From: a virus | Lineage: Duplodnaviria; Caudoviricetes | Direction: 5' to 3' (one strand) | DNA: 27,995 nucleotides | Virus record (IMG/VR): IMGVR_UViG_3300032006_000066 | Span: 1-27,995 of that record | In this document: positions 17,023 through 25,356 of the stretch, piece by piece | Numbering within the stretch: position 1 is the stretch's first letter | How the letters are laid out: every line of letters starts with the position of its first letter | Notes under the pieces: model-generated | What the model was told of the DNA's origin: nothing | Database searches by the model: none | What the model saw: the letters and a program-made list of their open reading frames with translations, nothing else | Translations under genes and position numbers: made by a program

Positions 17023-17600
17023 TACTCAGATTTTTTACCCCAGACTATATCTTTGTCTTGTAAATCAGGTATAAATTCCATACCTAAATCTCCAGCAAAA
17101 AGATTTTTTTGATCTTCATCTGTGTAACGTCTTTCAATTGCTCTTTCTAATGCAACTAATCTGTTTTCAAGTTTTAATTCTATTGTGGATGTTTCTGTGT
17201 TTTCTCTAATAATCATCACATCCATTTTACCTACAAATAAAGTGTAAATATCAGAAATAACATTTTTAGAAGCATCATATAATCCTAAATATATTTTGCC
17301 ATCTCTATTAGTATATTGAGCAGAAAGAGCAGAGCTTATTAATGATGATTTAACACCATTTAAAACTAAATTTGCCCCTGATGCTTGGATTGCATCTGCT
17401 TCCTCAATTGAAGATATGGCACAAGCATCTCCTAATCCTGTATAAGTATTTGTAGAACCATCAATGGTAAAACTTACATCTCCATATCCATTCCATAAAT
17501 ATAATGTTCCTGTAGACAAATCTAATTGAGTAGCAAAAAATGGTCTAACAACAGTAGATGTAATAGCTGTATTATAAGCTGTTGTAATATTCCTAGCCAT
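17022..17600 (-). CDS. Baseplate hub / minor tail protein (L-like)
   Basis: LYLWNG, YTGLG, FVGKMD, RYTDEDQ...GDLGMEF...WG. Start MARNIT coupled by TAATG. Confidence 0.8.
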   Translation of the reverse strand: MARNITTAYNTAITSTVVRPFFATQLDLSTGTLYLWNGYGDVSFTIDGSTNTYTGLGDACAISSIEEADAIQASGANLVLNGVKSSLISSALSAQYTNRDGKIYLGLYDASKNVISDIYTLFVGKMDVMIIRENTETSTIELKLENRLVALERAIERRYTDEDQKNLFAGDLGMEFIPDLQDKDIVWGKKSE

Positions 17601-17809
17601 TATTGACACCACTCACATTCATTTGTGTCATCAATAACTAAACCTTTTGGTTTATCATTAGGAACTCCATACTTATCTAAAATAACATTTCTTGCCACTT
17701 CTCTTTGTTCACATTTACAATCTGTACAAGAACATACCCCAGTTTTATTAGGATGCTCTTTTGTTGAACAATGACAGTTACAATTACATTCTTTACAATT
17801 ATTTGCCAT
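17600..17809 (-). CDS. Cys-rich metallothionein-like small protein
   Basis: 11 Cys and 2 His in 69 aa (CxxCxCxCHC...CxCxxCxC...CxxC). SD AGGAG. Confidence 0.7.
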   Translation of the reverse strand: MANNCKECNCNCHCSTKEHPNKTGVCSCTDCKCEQREVARNVILDKYGVPNDKPKGLVIDDTNECEWCQ

Positions 17810-17861
17810 TTTTCTTCTCCTTGAATACCATTTCCTTTTTTTTAAGAAAAATTGGTAATGT

Positions 17862-17927
17862 TTATTTCTTTTTCTTTTTTTTGCCTTTATTTTTTTTCTT
17901 ACCTTTATTCTTTTTTTTCTTTTTCAT
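17862..17927 (-). CDS. Unannotated 21-aa poly-lysine micropeptide
   Basis: MKKKKKNKGKKKNKGKKKKKK* with AAAGGAGG 5 nt upstream of the ATG. Confidence 0.6.
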   Translation of the reverse strand: MKKKKKNKGKKKNKGKKKKKK

Positions 17928-17942
17928 TTTTTCCTCCTTTGA

Positions 17943-18155
17943 TTAATTTAATATCAGTTTTTTAATCGTTTTGGAACCATCTTTATTTATTTCTACTTCT
18001 GCTTGGGATTTAATACATTTATAAGTAACAGAATTGGAAACCTGTCTAGTGGCTTCTCGTTTATGTTTAAGACATATACTTAAACTTTCTTGTATTCTGT
18101 GTTCTTTGATTTCATTATTTACAAACATTAATAATGCAAAAACTGTTTCTAACAT
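17943..18155 (-). CDS. Small hypothetical protein with hydrophobic N-terminus and two Cys
   Basis: 70 aa, SD AGGAGG. Confidence 0.7.
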   Translation of the reverse strand: MLETVFALLMFVNNEIKEHRIQESLSICLKHKREATRQVSNSVTYKCIKSQAEVEINKDGSKTIKKLILN

Positions 18156-18163
18156 CTTTCCTC

Positions 18164-18421
18164 CTAATTATAATTGTAACTTCCAGAGTTACCATCTTTT
18201 TTTAAAATTTTAAATAATTCTTTATGTTGGTCCATAATTTCTTCATCTGAATCCATCATTTTATCCATTTGATCTTCAAGTTTTAAAACTTGTCGTTCTA
18301 ATTTATCTACTTTATCTTCGTGTACTGCTTGGATAGTAGATAATTCAAAAGTTCTTGAAAGTGACCAACCTCCAAGAGCAATTAATAAACCAACCAGCAT
18401 TGTAATTATTTTATCTCCCAT
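18164..18421 (-). CDS. Single-pass membrane coiled-coil protein
   Basis: N-terminal TM (IITMLVGLLIALGGW) followed by heptad pattern. Confidence 0.7.
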   Translation of the reverse strand: MGDKIITMLVGLLIALGGWSLSRTFELSTIQAVHEDKVDKLERQVLKLEDQMDKMMDSDEEIMDQHKELFKILKKDGNSGSYNYN

Positions 18422-18831
18422 TAATGAGTACTCCCATTTCCATTAGCAAACTTTCTTACACCATCTTTAAGTTTTTCAACATCAGATTGAAGTTTTGAAA
18501 CATCTTTTTGTAATCGTTCAATATTAACTTCATTGTGCATCATATTTGACATTTGTTTTTCAATCTTTTCTAATTGACCTGCCATATGTTCTATTAGCAT
18601 AAATTGTTCGCTATCTGCTGGAAGCGAACCTAATTCTCCCCTCGGCCATTTAATTCTAAATTCTGTATTCTTTTCAAGATCATTAGTCATTAACTCTTTA
18701 GACGTTTCTAATGATATAATACGATTATTTATTTCACTATAACTCCATACACCAATAGCGATAGCACCTATTATCATAAATAGTGTTTTTAAATCTGTAT
18801 TAAAATGTGTGTTTTCACTTATTTTTCCCAT
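18421..18831 (-). CDS. Single-pass membrane coiled-coil protein
   Basis: TM (LFMIIGAIAIGVW), FRIKWPRG motif, C-terminal coiled coil. SD GGAGGT. Confidence 0.7.
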   Translation of the reverse strand: MGKISENTHFNTDLKTLFMIIGAIAIGVWSYSEINNRIISLETSKELMTNDLEKNTEFRIKWPRGELGSLPADSEQFMLIEHMAGQLEKIEKQMSNMMHNEVNIERLQKDVSKLQSDVEKLKDGVRKFANGNGSTH

Positions 18832-18846
18832 TGTTTATTTACCTCC

Positions 18847-19473
18847 TTATAGAGCTTCTGAAAAAGAAAAACTAATACCATACTTACTAATATGGTCAGT
18901 ATCCCAATTTTGTTCATTAGAATCTAATCTCATCAATGCCGTTGTATTAGTGTAAAGTACAGTTGCGTCATCAGCTATGGCTAAAATACCTGACCTTAAA
19001 GCTGGTTCTATGTATAAAGTAGCTTCTCCAGAGCCATTACTATTAGCATCATCAGTAACCATATATAATCTGTCTTGTATTGTTATATAATCCCCTGCTT
19101 TAAATGCTCCTGTAACAGTTGCTCCTACACCATCTACATTTATAGAATTTCCTGTTTGACCTGCACCATTAACTAAAACTGTTCCTACTGTAGCACCTTG
19201 AATTGTTTTTCTATCTTGATCCCCTGCTTTAAAAGTTCCTCGTCTACCTCTTAATTTCATTAAAAAAGATAACCATATTGCCGCGTGATTTTTTAACATT
19301 GGAGGTAAGGTATATAGACCTGACCATCTTTCTCCCTCGTGCTGGTATACTTGTTCTTGATAAGTAAAAGGCGACATTGTAACTGACACAGCTCTTTGCA
19401 AACCAAATGTTTGTTGTTTAATGCCTGTTATTGTCGGTAATGTTAATGGATATGATGGTGTATATACTGCCAT
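18847..19473 (-). CDS. Distal tail protein (Dit)
   Basis: Follows tape measure. SPFT..EQV...GERW...LPP, FLMKLRGRRGTF, ends FSEAL. Confidence 0.8.
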   Translation of the reverse strand: MAVYTPSYPLTLPTITGIKQQTFGLQRAVSVTMSPFTYQEQVYQHEGERWSGLYTLPPMLKNHAAIWLSFLMKLRGRRGTFKAGDQDRKTIQGATVGTVLVNGAGQTGNSINVDGVGATVTGAFKAGDYITIQDRLYMVTDDANSNGSGEATLYIEPALRSGILAIADDATVLYTNTTALMRLDSNEQNWDTDHISKYGISFSFSEAL

Positions 19474-19475
19474 AA

Positions 19476-21476
19476 TTAACTGAAAGCTTTAGCAAACTTT
19501 CCTCCTCTCATTCTTGCTTCTGCCACAGCACTTAAAGTTTGATTTTGTATTTGTGGCATCATTGAAACTATTTCTGCTCTAACTGTATTTGTAACACCTA
19601 AAGCAAAGTTTAAATTTTGATTTACGACCACTCCACCTCTTGACCCCATAGCTCCTGGAGTTAAACTGCTTGGAATAATTCTTCCAGCTTGATTAGGTAC
19701 AAATAATTCAGGACCCCTTTCTCCTACCAATCTTGGTGTTGAACCTGTTACTGAACCACCACTTGCATTTTTAATATGATCTGGCACATTTGGGTTTGGA
19801 GGTATTTGGCTTGGTCCAGCTATTATATCTCCAATTTTACCACCAATAATTTCAGCACCCTCTTTCAATTTATTAAATATAATCATATTTAAAATTGTTT
19901 TAGTTAAATCAATAGCTAAAGATTGTAAAATGTTTTTAAATTTTAATCCCTCTTTTTGTCCAGTTACCATAGCTTCTGCTATAGAGTTAGAAAGATTATC
20001 AAATCCTCTTGTAGCTATACCCACAAATTCAGTTACTTTATCTTGTATTTTTGTAAGTCTTTCTGTTTCTTCTACTTGTATTTTTAATGCATCTGTATGT
20101 AGTTTAACTAATCTTATAATTTCTTTTTCTGCTTCTGCGTGAGTACCAAGTTTTCCTCTTAATTTATCTTCAAGTTTTCTTTGTTCATTTAAGAGTAATT
20201 GTTCTTTGTTTGTTTTGAACATATTTTCTCTTAATCTTTCTTGATTTCTTACTTGTGCCGCTATACCAACATTAGCTTCTTTTTCAGCTATTGTTACTCT
20301 CTTGGTTGCTTCTTCTTCTTTTTTCTTTTTATCTAATTGATTTTTTTTAATTCTATCCCATTTTTGTAATTCTATTTGTAATGCTCGAAGCTGTTTATTT
20401 TGCTCCATATAAGCATTAATTTTATCATAAAGATGGTCGTTTTCTCCAAATACTGCCCATTCATCTATTTTACTTTCTAATTCTTTTATTTTTTCTAAAT
20501 TTTCTTCTATAATTTCCCCTGCTCTTTCTGCAGTTTTAATTCTACCTATTTCTTTGTCAGCATTACCAAATGCTTCTGCTAACCAATTAATAGATGTTGT
20601 TAAAGCATCTACCATTTTTCTTCCATAAATAGATTCTTCAACCCATATTGTAAAACCCTCTACTAATGAATCTATTGCACCTCTTAAACCTTGTGCCGCC
20701 TTAACACCTGCTCCACCTACTTGTTTATCTAAAGCTTCTAAAATAATTTTTTGTGCTTCAGCTTTTCTACCAGTCATATCTAATACTTTAATCAATTCTT
20801 TTTGATCTTCTGTAAAAGATACCCCTACTCGTCTTAATGCTCCTAATCCAACAATAGGTTCTTCAAGAGCTTTACCTAATTGTATTGCACCTTGTTTGAC
20901 ATCTCCTAAACCTAATTCAGCTAAATCTTGTGTAAGTCTTAATGCTTCTTTAAAAGTTTCTCCCTGAACAGATTTAAAAGTTAATAAGATACCTGCCGCA
21001 TCTCTAACCTTTTGTGTACTTGCAAGTGTGGCAATACCAATTTCTCTAGATAAATCTTCTATTTCAGCTAATGATAATCCTGCGGCACTTCCAGTTGCTT
21101 TTAATATTCCCTCTAATCTTAAAAATTGTTGTTCAGCACCTGCTATTGTAGTAACCATTTTTTTCATAGCAAATACTAATGCTGCAATACCAACAGTAAA
21201 TAATGCAGTCTTTAATCCAACATTACCTATAATTGTTCCTAAAGAAGTAATACGACCTGCTACTGGACCTAATGGACCTTGAATTGCCGCAATAGATTGT
21301 GATGCTCGTCTAAATCTATCTTGTACTGTGCTAGAAGCTTTGCCCACTTTCTTTTGGGCAGTAGTCATTCGTTTACTAGACCTTTCTACTGATCTTGTAG
21401 CTTGGTCCATACCCTGTTTTAGTTTTTGGGCAGATGTTACCAATCGTACTTCTACTGTTGCTATATTTGTTGCCAT
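19476..21476 (-). CDS. Tape measure protein
   Basis: 666 aa helical protein. LGKALEEP..GL.ALRRVGVSF, ASGGSV...VGERGPELFVP. Canonical position. Confidence 0.92.
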   Translation of the reverse strand: MATNIATVEVRLVTSAQKLKQGMDQATRSVERSSKRMTTAQKKVGKASSTVQDRFRRASQSIAAIQGPLGPVAGRITSLGTIIGNVGLKTALFTVGIAALVFAMKKMVTTIAGAEQQFLRLEGILKATGSAAGLSLAEIEDLSREIGIATLASTQKVRDAAGILLTFKSVQGETFKEALRLTQDLAELGLGDVKQGAIQLGKALEEPIVGLGALRRVGVSFTEDQKELIKVLDMTGRKAEAQKIILEALDKQVGGAGVKAAQGLRGAIDSLVEGFTIWVEESIYGRKMVDALTTSINWLAEAFGNADKEIGRIKTAERAGEIIEENLEKIKELESKIDEWAVFGENDHLYDKINAYMEQNKQLRALQIELQKWDRIKKNQLDKKKKEEEATKRVTIAEKEANVGIAAQVRNQERLRENMFKTNKEQLLLNEQRKLEDKLRGKLGTHAEAEKEIIRLVKLHTDALKIQVEETERLTKIQDKVTEFVGIATRGFDNLSNSIAEAMVTGQKEGLKFKNILQSLAIDLTKTILNMIIFNKLKEGAEIIGGKIGDIIAGPSQIPPNPNVPDHIKNASGGSVTGSTPRLVGERGPELFVPNQAGRIIPSSLTPGAMGSRGGVVVNQNLNFALGVTNTVRAEIVSMMPQIQNQTLSAVAEARMRGGKFAKAFS

Positions 21477-21482
21477 AATTTT

Positions 21483-21713
21483 TTAATCAGGAAATTGCAC
21501 CATCAATTCTCTCATATCATCTTTTGTAATTGGTTGTGCTTTACTTCCTCCTTTTCCTTGTCCTATTAAATACCCATTACAAGCAGAACTAAATTCTACT
21601 TGTGTCATACCCCAAAATGTGTCAGGGGAAAACCCTAAAATACCTGTCGCTATTTCGAGGTACTTTTGGATAGGGTAGTTTCCTTTGATTGATTCTCCCC
21701 CTGAACTAAAGGG
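21483..21713 (-). CDS. Tail assembly chaperone extension (gpGT-like), reached by -1 programmed frameshift
   Basis: -1 frame reads PFSSGGESIKGNYPIQKYLEIATGILGFSPDTFWGMTQVEF...DMRELMVQFPD*, a recognisable TAC motif. Slippery heptamer C CCT TTA at 21713-21707. Confidence 0.85.
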   Translation of the reverse strand, partial: PFSSGGESIKGNYPIQKYLEIATGILGFSPDTFWGMTQVEFSSACNGYLIGQGKGGSKAQPITKDDMRELMVQFPD

Positions 21714-22039
21714 GATTCTGATTCTTCTTGTGTCGTAAATAATGTAGCTAAAACTTTAGATGCTATTTCTGCACCTTTTACTATTCCATCTTCCATTACC
21801 ATTCTACCAATTGCTTCTTTCTCATATTTTCCACCAGCACCTAATAATGCTTGATATAAAACTTCTACAATTGATTTAATTGAAAACTGCCCTGTAGACA
21901 TATCTCTTGCTATATCCATAACAGATTTTCCTAAAAAATCTTCAAGATGAACTATATTTCTAAAGGTCATTTTAAAGACTCTTACTTTGCCTCCAAGAGA
22001 TTCTTTAATTTCTCCTGCGTACTTATTGTGGCTCGTCAT
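21650..22039 (-). CDS. Tail assembly chaperone (gpG-like, GTA gp10-like)
   Basis: NKYAGEI...LGGK.R..KMTF..I..LE pattern, between tail tube and tape measure. Confidence 0.82.
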   Translation of the reverse strand: MTSHNKYAGEIKESLGGKVRVFKMTFRNIVHLEDFLGKSVMDIARDMSTGQFSIKSIVEVLYQALLGAGGKYEKEAIGRMVMEDGIVKGAEIASKVLATLFTTQEESESPLVQGENQSKETTLSKSTSK

Positions 22040-22334
22040 TATTTTTTTCTCCTTCTGCCTTTTTTAGTTTTCTTTTAGTTTTTATAGATTTCGCTAATTC
22101 TTCCTTGTCATCAAAGATGCAATGAATTTCTGCTCGGGATTTATAAATAATAACTTTTTGTACTGTTAAAATTTCGTTTGTAAATTTTACTTTTATTTTA
22201 TCTAACGGTCGACAACGAACATCTTTATTACATTCTATGATATGTAAATGTTTTTTGGTTACTTTTATAAAACCGTGATATTCGTTGTCATTTAAAGTAA
22301 AATTAATCACCTTATATCCGTTATTTTCTTCCAT
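22023..22334 (-). CDS. Hypothetical protein inserted between tail tube and chaperone
   Basis: 103 aa, TAATG-coupled to the tail tube gene. Confidence 0.65.
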   Translation of the reverse strand: MEENNGYKVINFTLNDNEYHGFIKVTKKHLHIIECNKDVRCRPLDKIKVKFTNEILTVQKVIIYKSRAEIHCIFDDKEELAKSIKTKRKLKKAEGEKNNDEPQ

Positions 22335-22762
22335 TACGCATTAGTCCAAGTTACTGTATTGTGCGATTCTAATGTTATCGAATAAGTTTCTTCGCCGTTA
22401 TATTCTCCAGCTTTTTCAAAAGATGTAATTAAAAAATATCCATCTAAAGTTGATCCGTCACCAAATGCTAGTTGGTATGTTTTGATTTGTCCATCAAATG
22501 CAAAACCTCTAACAGTATTTTCTGCTGATGAATCTGTAAATACACCACTTGCTGAAATCGACATACTTCTAACTCCACCACCCTCTAATAAATCTCTCGC
22601 CTTATCTGCTCCTCCTGAAATAAAAGCTGAAGAATCTTTAGTTGTAATATCTATCATTTCACCATTGATTGTCATTGATGTACTTCTTAATCCTCCAATA
22701 GTAGTAGGTGTTCCTGTACTATTGTCTTTTAATAAAAAGCTACTTCCTTTTTGTGCTGCCAT
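22334..22762 (-). CDS. Major tail tube protein (TP901-1/GTA type)
   Basis: MAAQKG..FLLK, IGGLRS, DITTKDS, R.LL..GGVRS.SISASGVF, AGEYNGE.TYSITLES. Confidence 0.92.
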   Translation of the reverse strand: MAAQKGSSFLLKDNSTGTPTTIGGLRSTSMTINGEMIDITTKDSSAFISGGADKARDLLEGGGVRSMSISASGVFTDSSAENTVRGFAFDGQIKTYQLAFGDGSTLDGYFLITSFEKAGEYNGEETYSITLESHNTVTWTNA

Positions 22763-22788
22763 TTTAAGTTTCCTCCTTAATTATTTGT

Positions 22789-23190
22789 TTATGTATCAAA
22801 TACAACGAATCTAAATCGTTGTACTCCGTGTTTTGTAAGCCCATCTGGGTCTACCAGTATATCAGCAAACTCAAATCTTGCATTTACAAGACTAGCTCCT
22901 GACACACTTAAACTACTATTATTTAATAGTGCATAAATTCTAGCCATAATATCTTTAACTTCTTTTCTGCCTCTATATCTTGACCAAGTATGTACCATAA
23001 TAGTATGTTCATTTCCATCTAAATTTTTTGTCGCATTATCAGTCGTTGTATCATCTCCTATGGTTACATAGGGATATGCCGTACTTTGTGGAACAAAATC
23101 ATAAATGTCTGTTACTTTAGATTGTAGAGTTGAATCTCCATCTAAAGCATCAAATACTGTTTTTTGTAAAGCTAAACTGTGATCTGCCAT
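22789..23190 (-). CDS. Tail terminator/completion protein (DUF3168-like)
   Basis: ALQK.VF.AL, IYDFVP...YPYVTIG, HTWSR..GRKE, DPDG.TKHGV.RFR. Confidence 0.88.
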   Translation of the reverse strand: MADHSLALQKTVFDALDGDSTLQSKVTDIYDFVPQSTAYPYVTIGDDTTTDNATKNLDGNEHTIMVHTWSRYRGRKEVKDIMARIYALLNNSSLSVSGASLVNARFEFADILVDPDGLTKHGVQRFRFVVFDT

Positions 23191-23642
23191 TATTTCCTCT
23201 CTGCTCTTTTTATAAAATCTTTTACGTAATTAAAAATAGCTAATGCTATTTTTTTTCCACCTATTTCAGTAGCAGGAAACATAAAAGGTCTTGGTTGTAT
23301 TTTAGCTGTTCCTAATTCTAAATAAGCTGAATAAGGAGCTTGACTATCAACTACTACCTCATCAGGTTTTACTGCTTTAACTTTAATTTGACTTACTAAA
23401 TATCCTGTATCTGTAGCAGGTGCTTCGCCTGGTGCAGATGCTTTATGTTGTCTTGTAGGATTATATCTCATATAAGTTCTACCTGATTTTGGGTCAGATT
23501 GAATTTTCTTAACTGCAATGTTTCTAATTTCTTGTCCTCCACCTTTTAAAATATCGGTCATAGGTTTTTGAGAACTTTGTTGTAAATTTTTAAATGCTCT
23601 AATAGCACTATCAAAATTTTTAACCTGCATTTTAATTTCCAT
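23190..23642 (-). CDS. HK97 gp10-like neck/tail completion protein
   Basis: ASAPGEAPATDTG.L, Y.AYLELGT....PRPFMFPA. Confidence 0.88.
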   Translation of the reverse strand: MEIKMQVKNFDSAIRAFKNLQQSSQKPMTDILKGGGQEIRNIAVKKIQSDPKSGRTYMRYNPTRQHKASAPGEAPATDTGYLVSQIKVKAVKPDEVVVDSQAPYSAYLELGTAKIQPRPFMFPATEIGGKKIALAIFNYVKDFIKRAERK

Positions 23643-23859
23643 AATTCCTCTTATCTTTTTTTCTATTATATTTTTTTTTATTTTTAATTACTCTTTTTCT
23701 AAATAATTTATTATTTAATAACTTTGCAAAAGGATTTTTCTTTTTCATAATTTTTTTAAAATATTTTTTTATAGTTGATTCTGCGAGCTGTAAAAAACCC
23801 ATTATCATAAGTCTTTTTGCTAAAAATATAAATAATTTAAAAATCCAAGCGTACCACAT
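23632..23859 (-). CDS. Small basic protein, hydrophobic N-half and ArfA-like C-half
   Basis: 75 aa, overlaps both neighbours. C-half NPFAKLLNNKLFRKRVIKNKKKYNRK. Alternative start ATG 23748. Confidence 0.6.
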   Translation of the reverse strand: MWYAWIFKLFIFLAKRLMIMGFLQLAESTIKKYFKKIMKKKNPFAKLLNNKLFRKRVIKNKKKYNRKKDKRNYGN

Positions 23860-24203
23860 TAGACTGCTACATTTTTCTCTACTACTAATTTTAAATATTT
23901 GTCATACATATTTGGATTAGCAATAGATATAATATCATAATCTACGGAATCGAAAGTCATAATATAACTTGTATCTAAACTTGTTTTATCAGGTCTATAT
24001 CTTATTCTTACATCATACCTTTGTGGACTTGTTTGTTGTTCTCCTGTAACTTTTTCTCCAGCATTTTTAGGTTTTAATTCTGCCCAAGCTACAAAATAAG
24101 ATGAGTTAGCTTTTGTATAACCACCATAAGTATCAGCAGATAAATCTGTACTTTTAAAAGTTACTTTATTTCTTAAAGCTCCTATATTAGATACACTTGC
24201 CAT
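23859..24203 (-). CDS. Head closure / head-tail adaptor (SPP1 gp16-like)
   Basis: IGALRNKV, D.YGG, WAEL.P, IRYR, YDI.SI motifs. Confidence 0.85.
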   Translation of the reverse strand: MASVSNIGALRNKVTFKSTDLSADTYGGYTKANSSYFVAWAELKPKNAGEKVTGEQQTSPQRYDVRIRYRPDKTSLDTSYIMTFDSVDYDIISIANPNMYDKYLKLVVEKNVAV

Positions 24204-24204
24204 T

Positions 24205-24873
24205 TTATGCTCCTAGTGGTGTATTAAATTTTGTAATTTTATAATTTAGTAATAAAGCATTAACAGTTACTGGAATTTTATTAACTGAAACATTTGTTAC
24301 TAATTCTCTATTATCATACCAATGTGCAACTAATTGTTTCATAGCTGTTTTAATATTTTCAGGTACATCACTTGCACTACTTCCATAACCTGCCACATAT
24401 TGTATTTCATAACAATTAGCTACTCTTAAATCACTTGCTGATGGAAATGTTTTCCCCTCTCTTAAAACTATACGTCCTGGTTCGTGTGCTGAATCAACAT
24501 AATAATTACTAGATGCAAAAGTAGTAGCACTATCTTCATCATCATAATATTTAAAATGTGATACACTAGACAATGTAGGTTTAGGTAATGAGATATAATT
24601 TAATTTTTGATTTAAATCAGGAGCTGTAAAAAAGCCCTCTGGGTAAATTTTATTATCATTATAATAAGGTAAATTATCCAAAAACAATTGTAATGTTTGA
24701 TGTGTTATTGCTCTACCTGTTATCTGCTCCACCATATTTTGTGAAGCAGTAACTAAATTTCCAATGTAAGTATCATCATCAGTAAAACTACTATCAATTC
24801 TCATATGAGTTTTGGCTTCTGCAGTAGTAACTGCACTAGTAGACCAAGCTGTATGTACTTTTAAACCTGACAT
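24205..24873 (-). CDS. Head-tail connector (HK97 gp6 / phiE125 gp8-like)
   Basis: EAKTHMRID...DD.YI..L, E..TGRA, Y.AGYG....VP..IK.A...LVAHWYDNRE. Confidence 0.9.
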   Translation of the reverse strand: MSGLKVHTAWSTSAVTTAEAKTHMRIDSSFTDDDTYIGNLVTASQNMVEQITGRAITHQTLQLFLDNLPYYNDNKIYPEGFFTAPDLNQKLNYISLPKPTLSSVSHFKYYDDEDSATTFASSNYYVDSAHEPGRIVLREGKTFPSASDLRVANCYEIQYVAGYGSSASDVPENIKTAMKQLVAHWYDNRELVTNVSVNKIPVTVNALLLNYKITKFNTPLGA

Positions 24874-24881
24874 TGTTTACC

Positions 24882-25127
24882 TTATTTTTTTTTCTTTTTT
24901 AAAATTTTGCCAAATACGGATTTTTTAACTTTCTTTTCCATTTGATTGACAACTTTTGTAAGTTTTTTTGCATCTGCTTGTTCTGCTCTACCGTCAGACA
25001 TCCAAGCTGTTGCTACTGCCATTTCTGCAGTTGTATTCATATCATATTCTTTACCTTTATGATAATGCATAGATTCTCCACCATCGCCTTTAACTCCAAC
25101 TACATCTTCTTTCATTTTTATTTTCAT
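24882..25127 (-). CDS. Small hypothetical head-associated protein with basic tail
   Basis: True start MKIKMK at ATG 25127 with AGGAGG. 81 aa. Confidence 0.7.
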   Translation of the reverse strand: MKIKMKEDVVGVKGDGGESMHYHKGKEYDMNTTAEMAVATAWMSDGRAEQADAKKLTKVVNQMEKKVKKSVFGKILKKKKK

Positions 25128-25276
25128 TTGTATCCTCCTAGTTTTAAAAATTGGTTTTCTAACCAATCTATAAATTTTTTAAACATACTTCTTTTTTTTT
25201 TCACTTTAATCCTCCCTTTTGGAGTTATTAAATATTTTTGTTTTATCATTCGTAATTTTTTCTTTATTTTTTTCAT
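25124..25276 (-). CDS. Unannotated 50-aa Lys-rich microprotein
   Basis: MKKIKKKLRMIKQKYLITPKGRIKVKKKRSMFKKFIDWLENQFLKLGGYK*. SD AAGGAGGT, ATGA overlap with next gene. Confidence 0.7.
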   Translation of the reverse strand: MKKIKKKLRMIKQKYLITPKGRIKVKKKRSMFKKFIDWLENQFLKLGGYK

Positions 25277-25278
25277 AA

Positions 25279-25330
25279 AGACCTCCTTTACGGTCTAGGG
25301 CGAGTTCCACTCTCGCTTTCCTCGCCCCAA
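25279..25330 (-). promoter_or_regulatory. Post-capsid hairpin with purine-rich internal loop, plus SD-occluding hairpin
   Basis: TTGGGGCGAG-GAAAGCGAGAGTGGAA-CTCGCCCTAG, then AGACC-GTAAAGGA-GGTCT. Confidence 0.65.
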
Positions 25331-25356
25331 ACATTCTAACTTTTAAATTAGATTAA

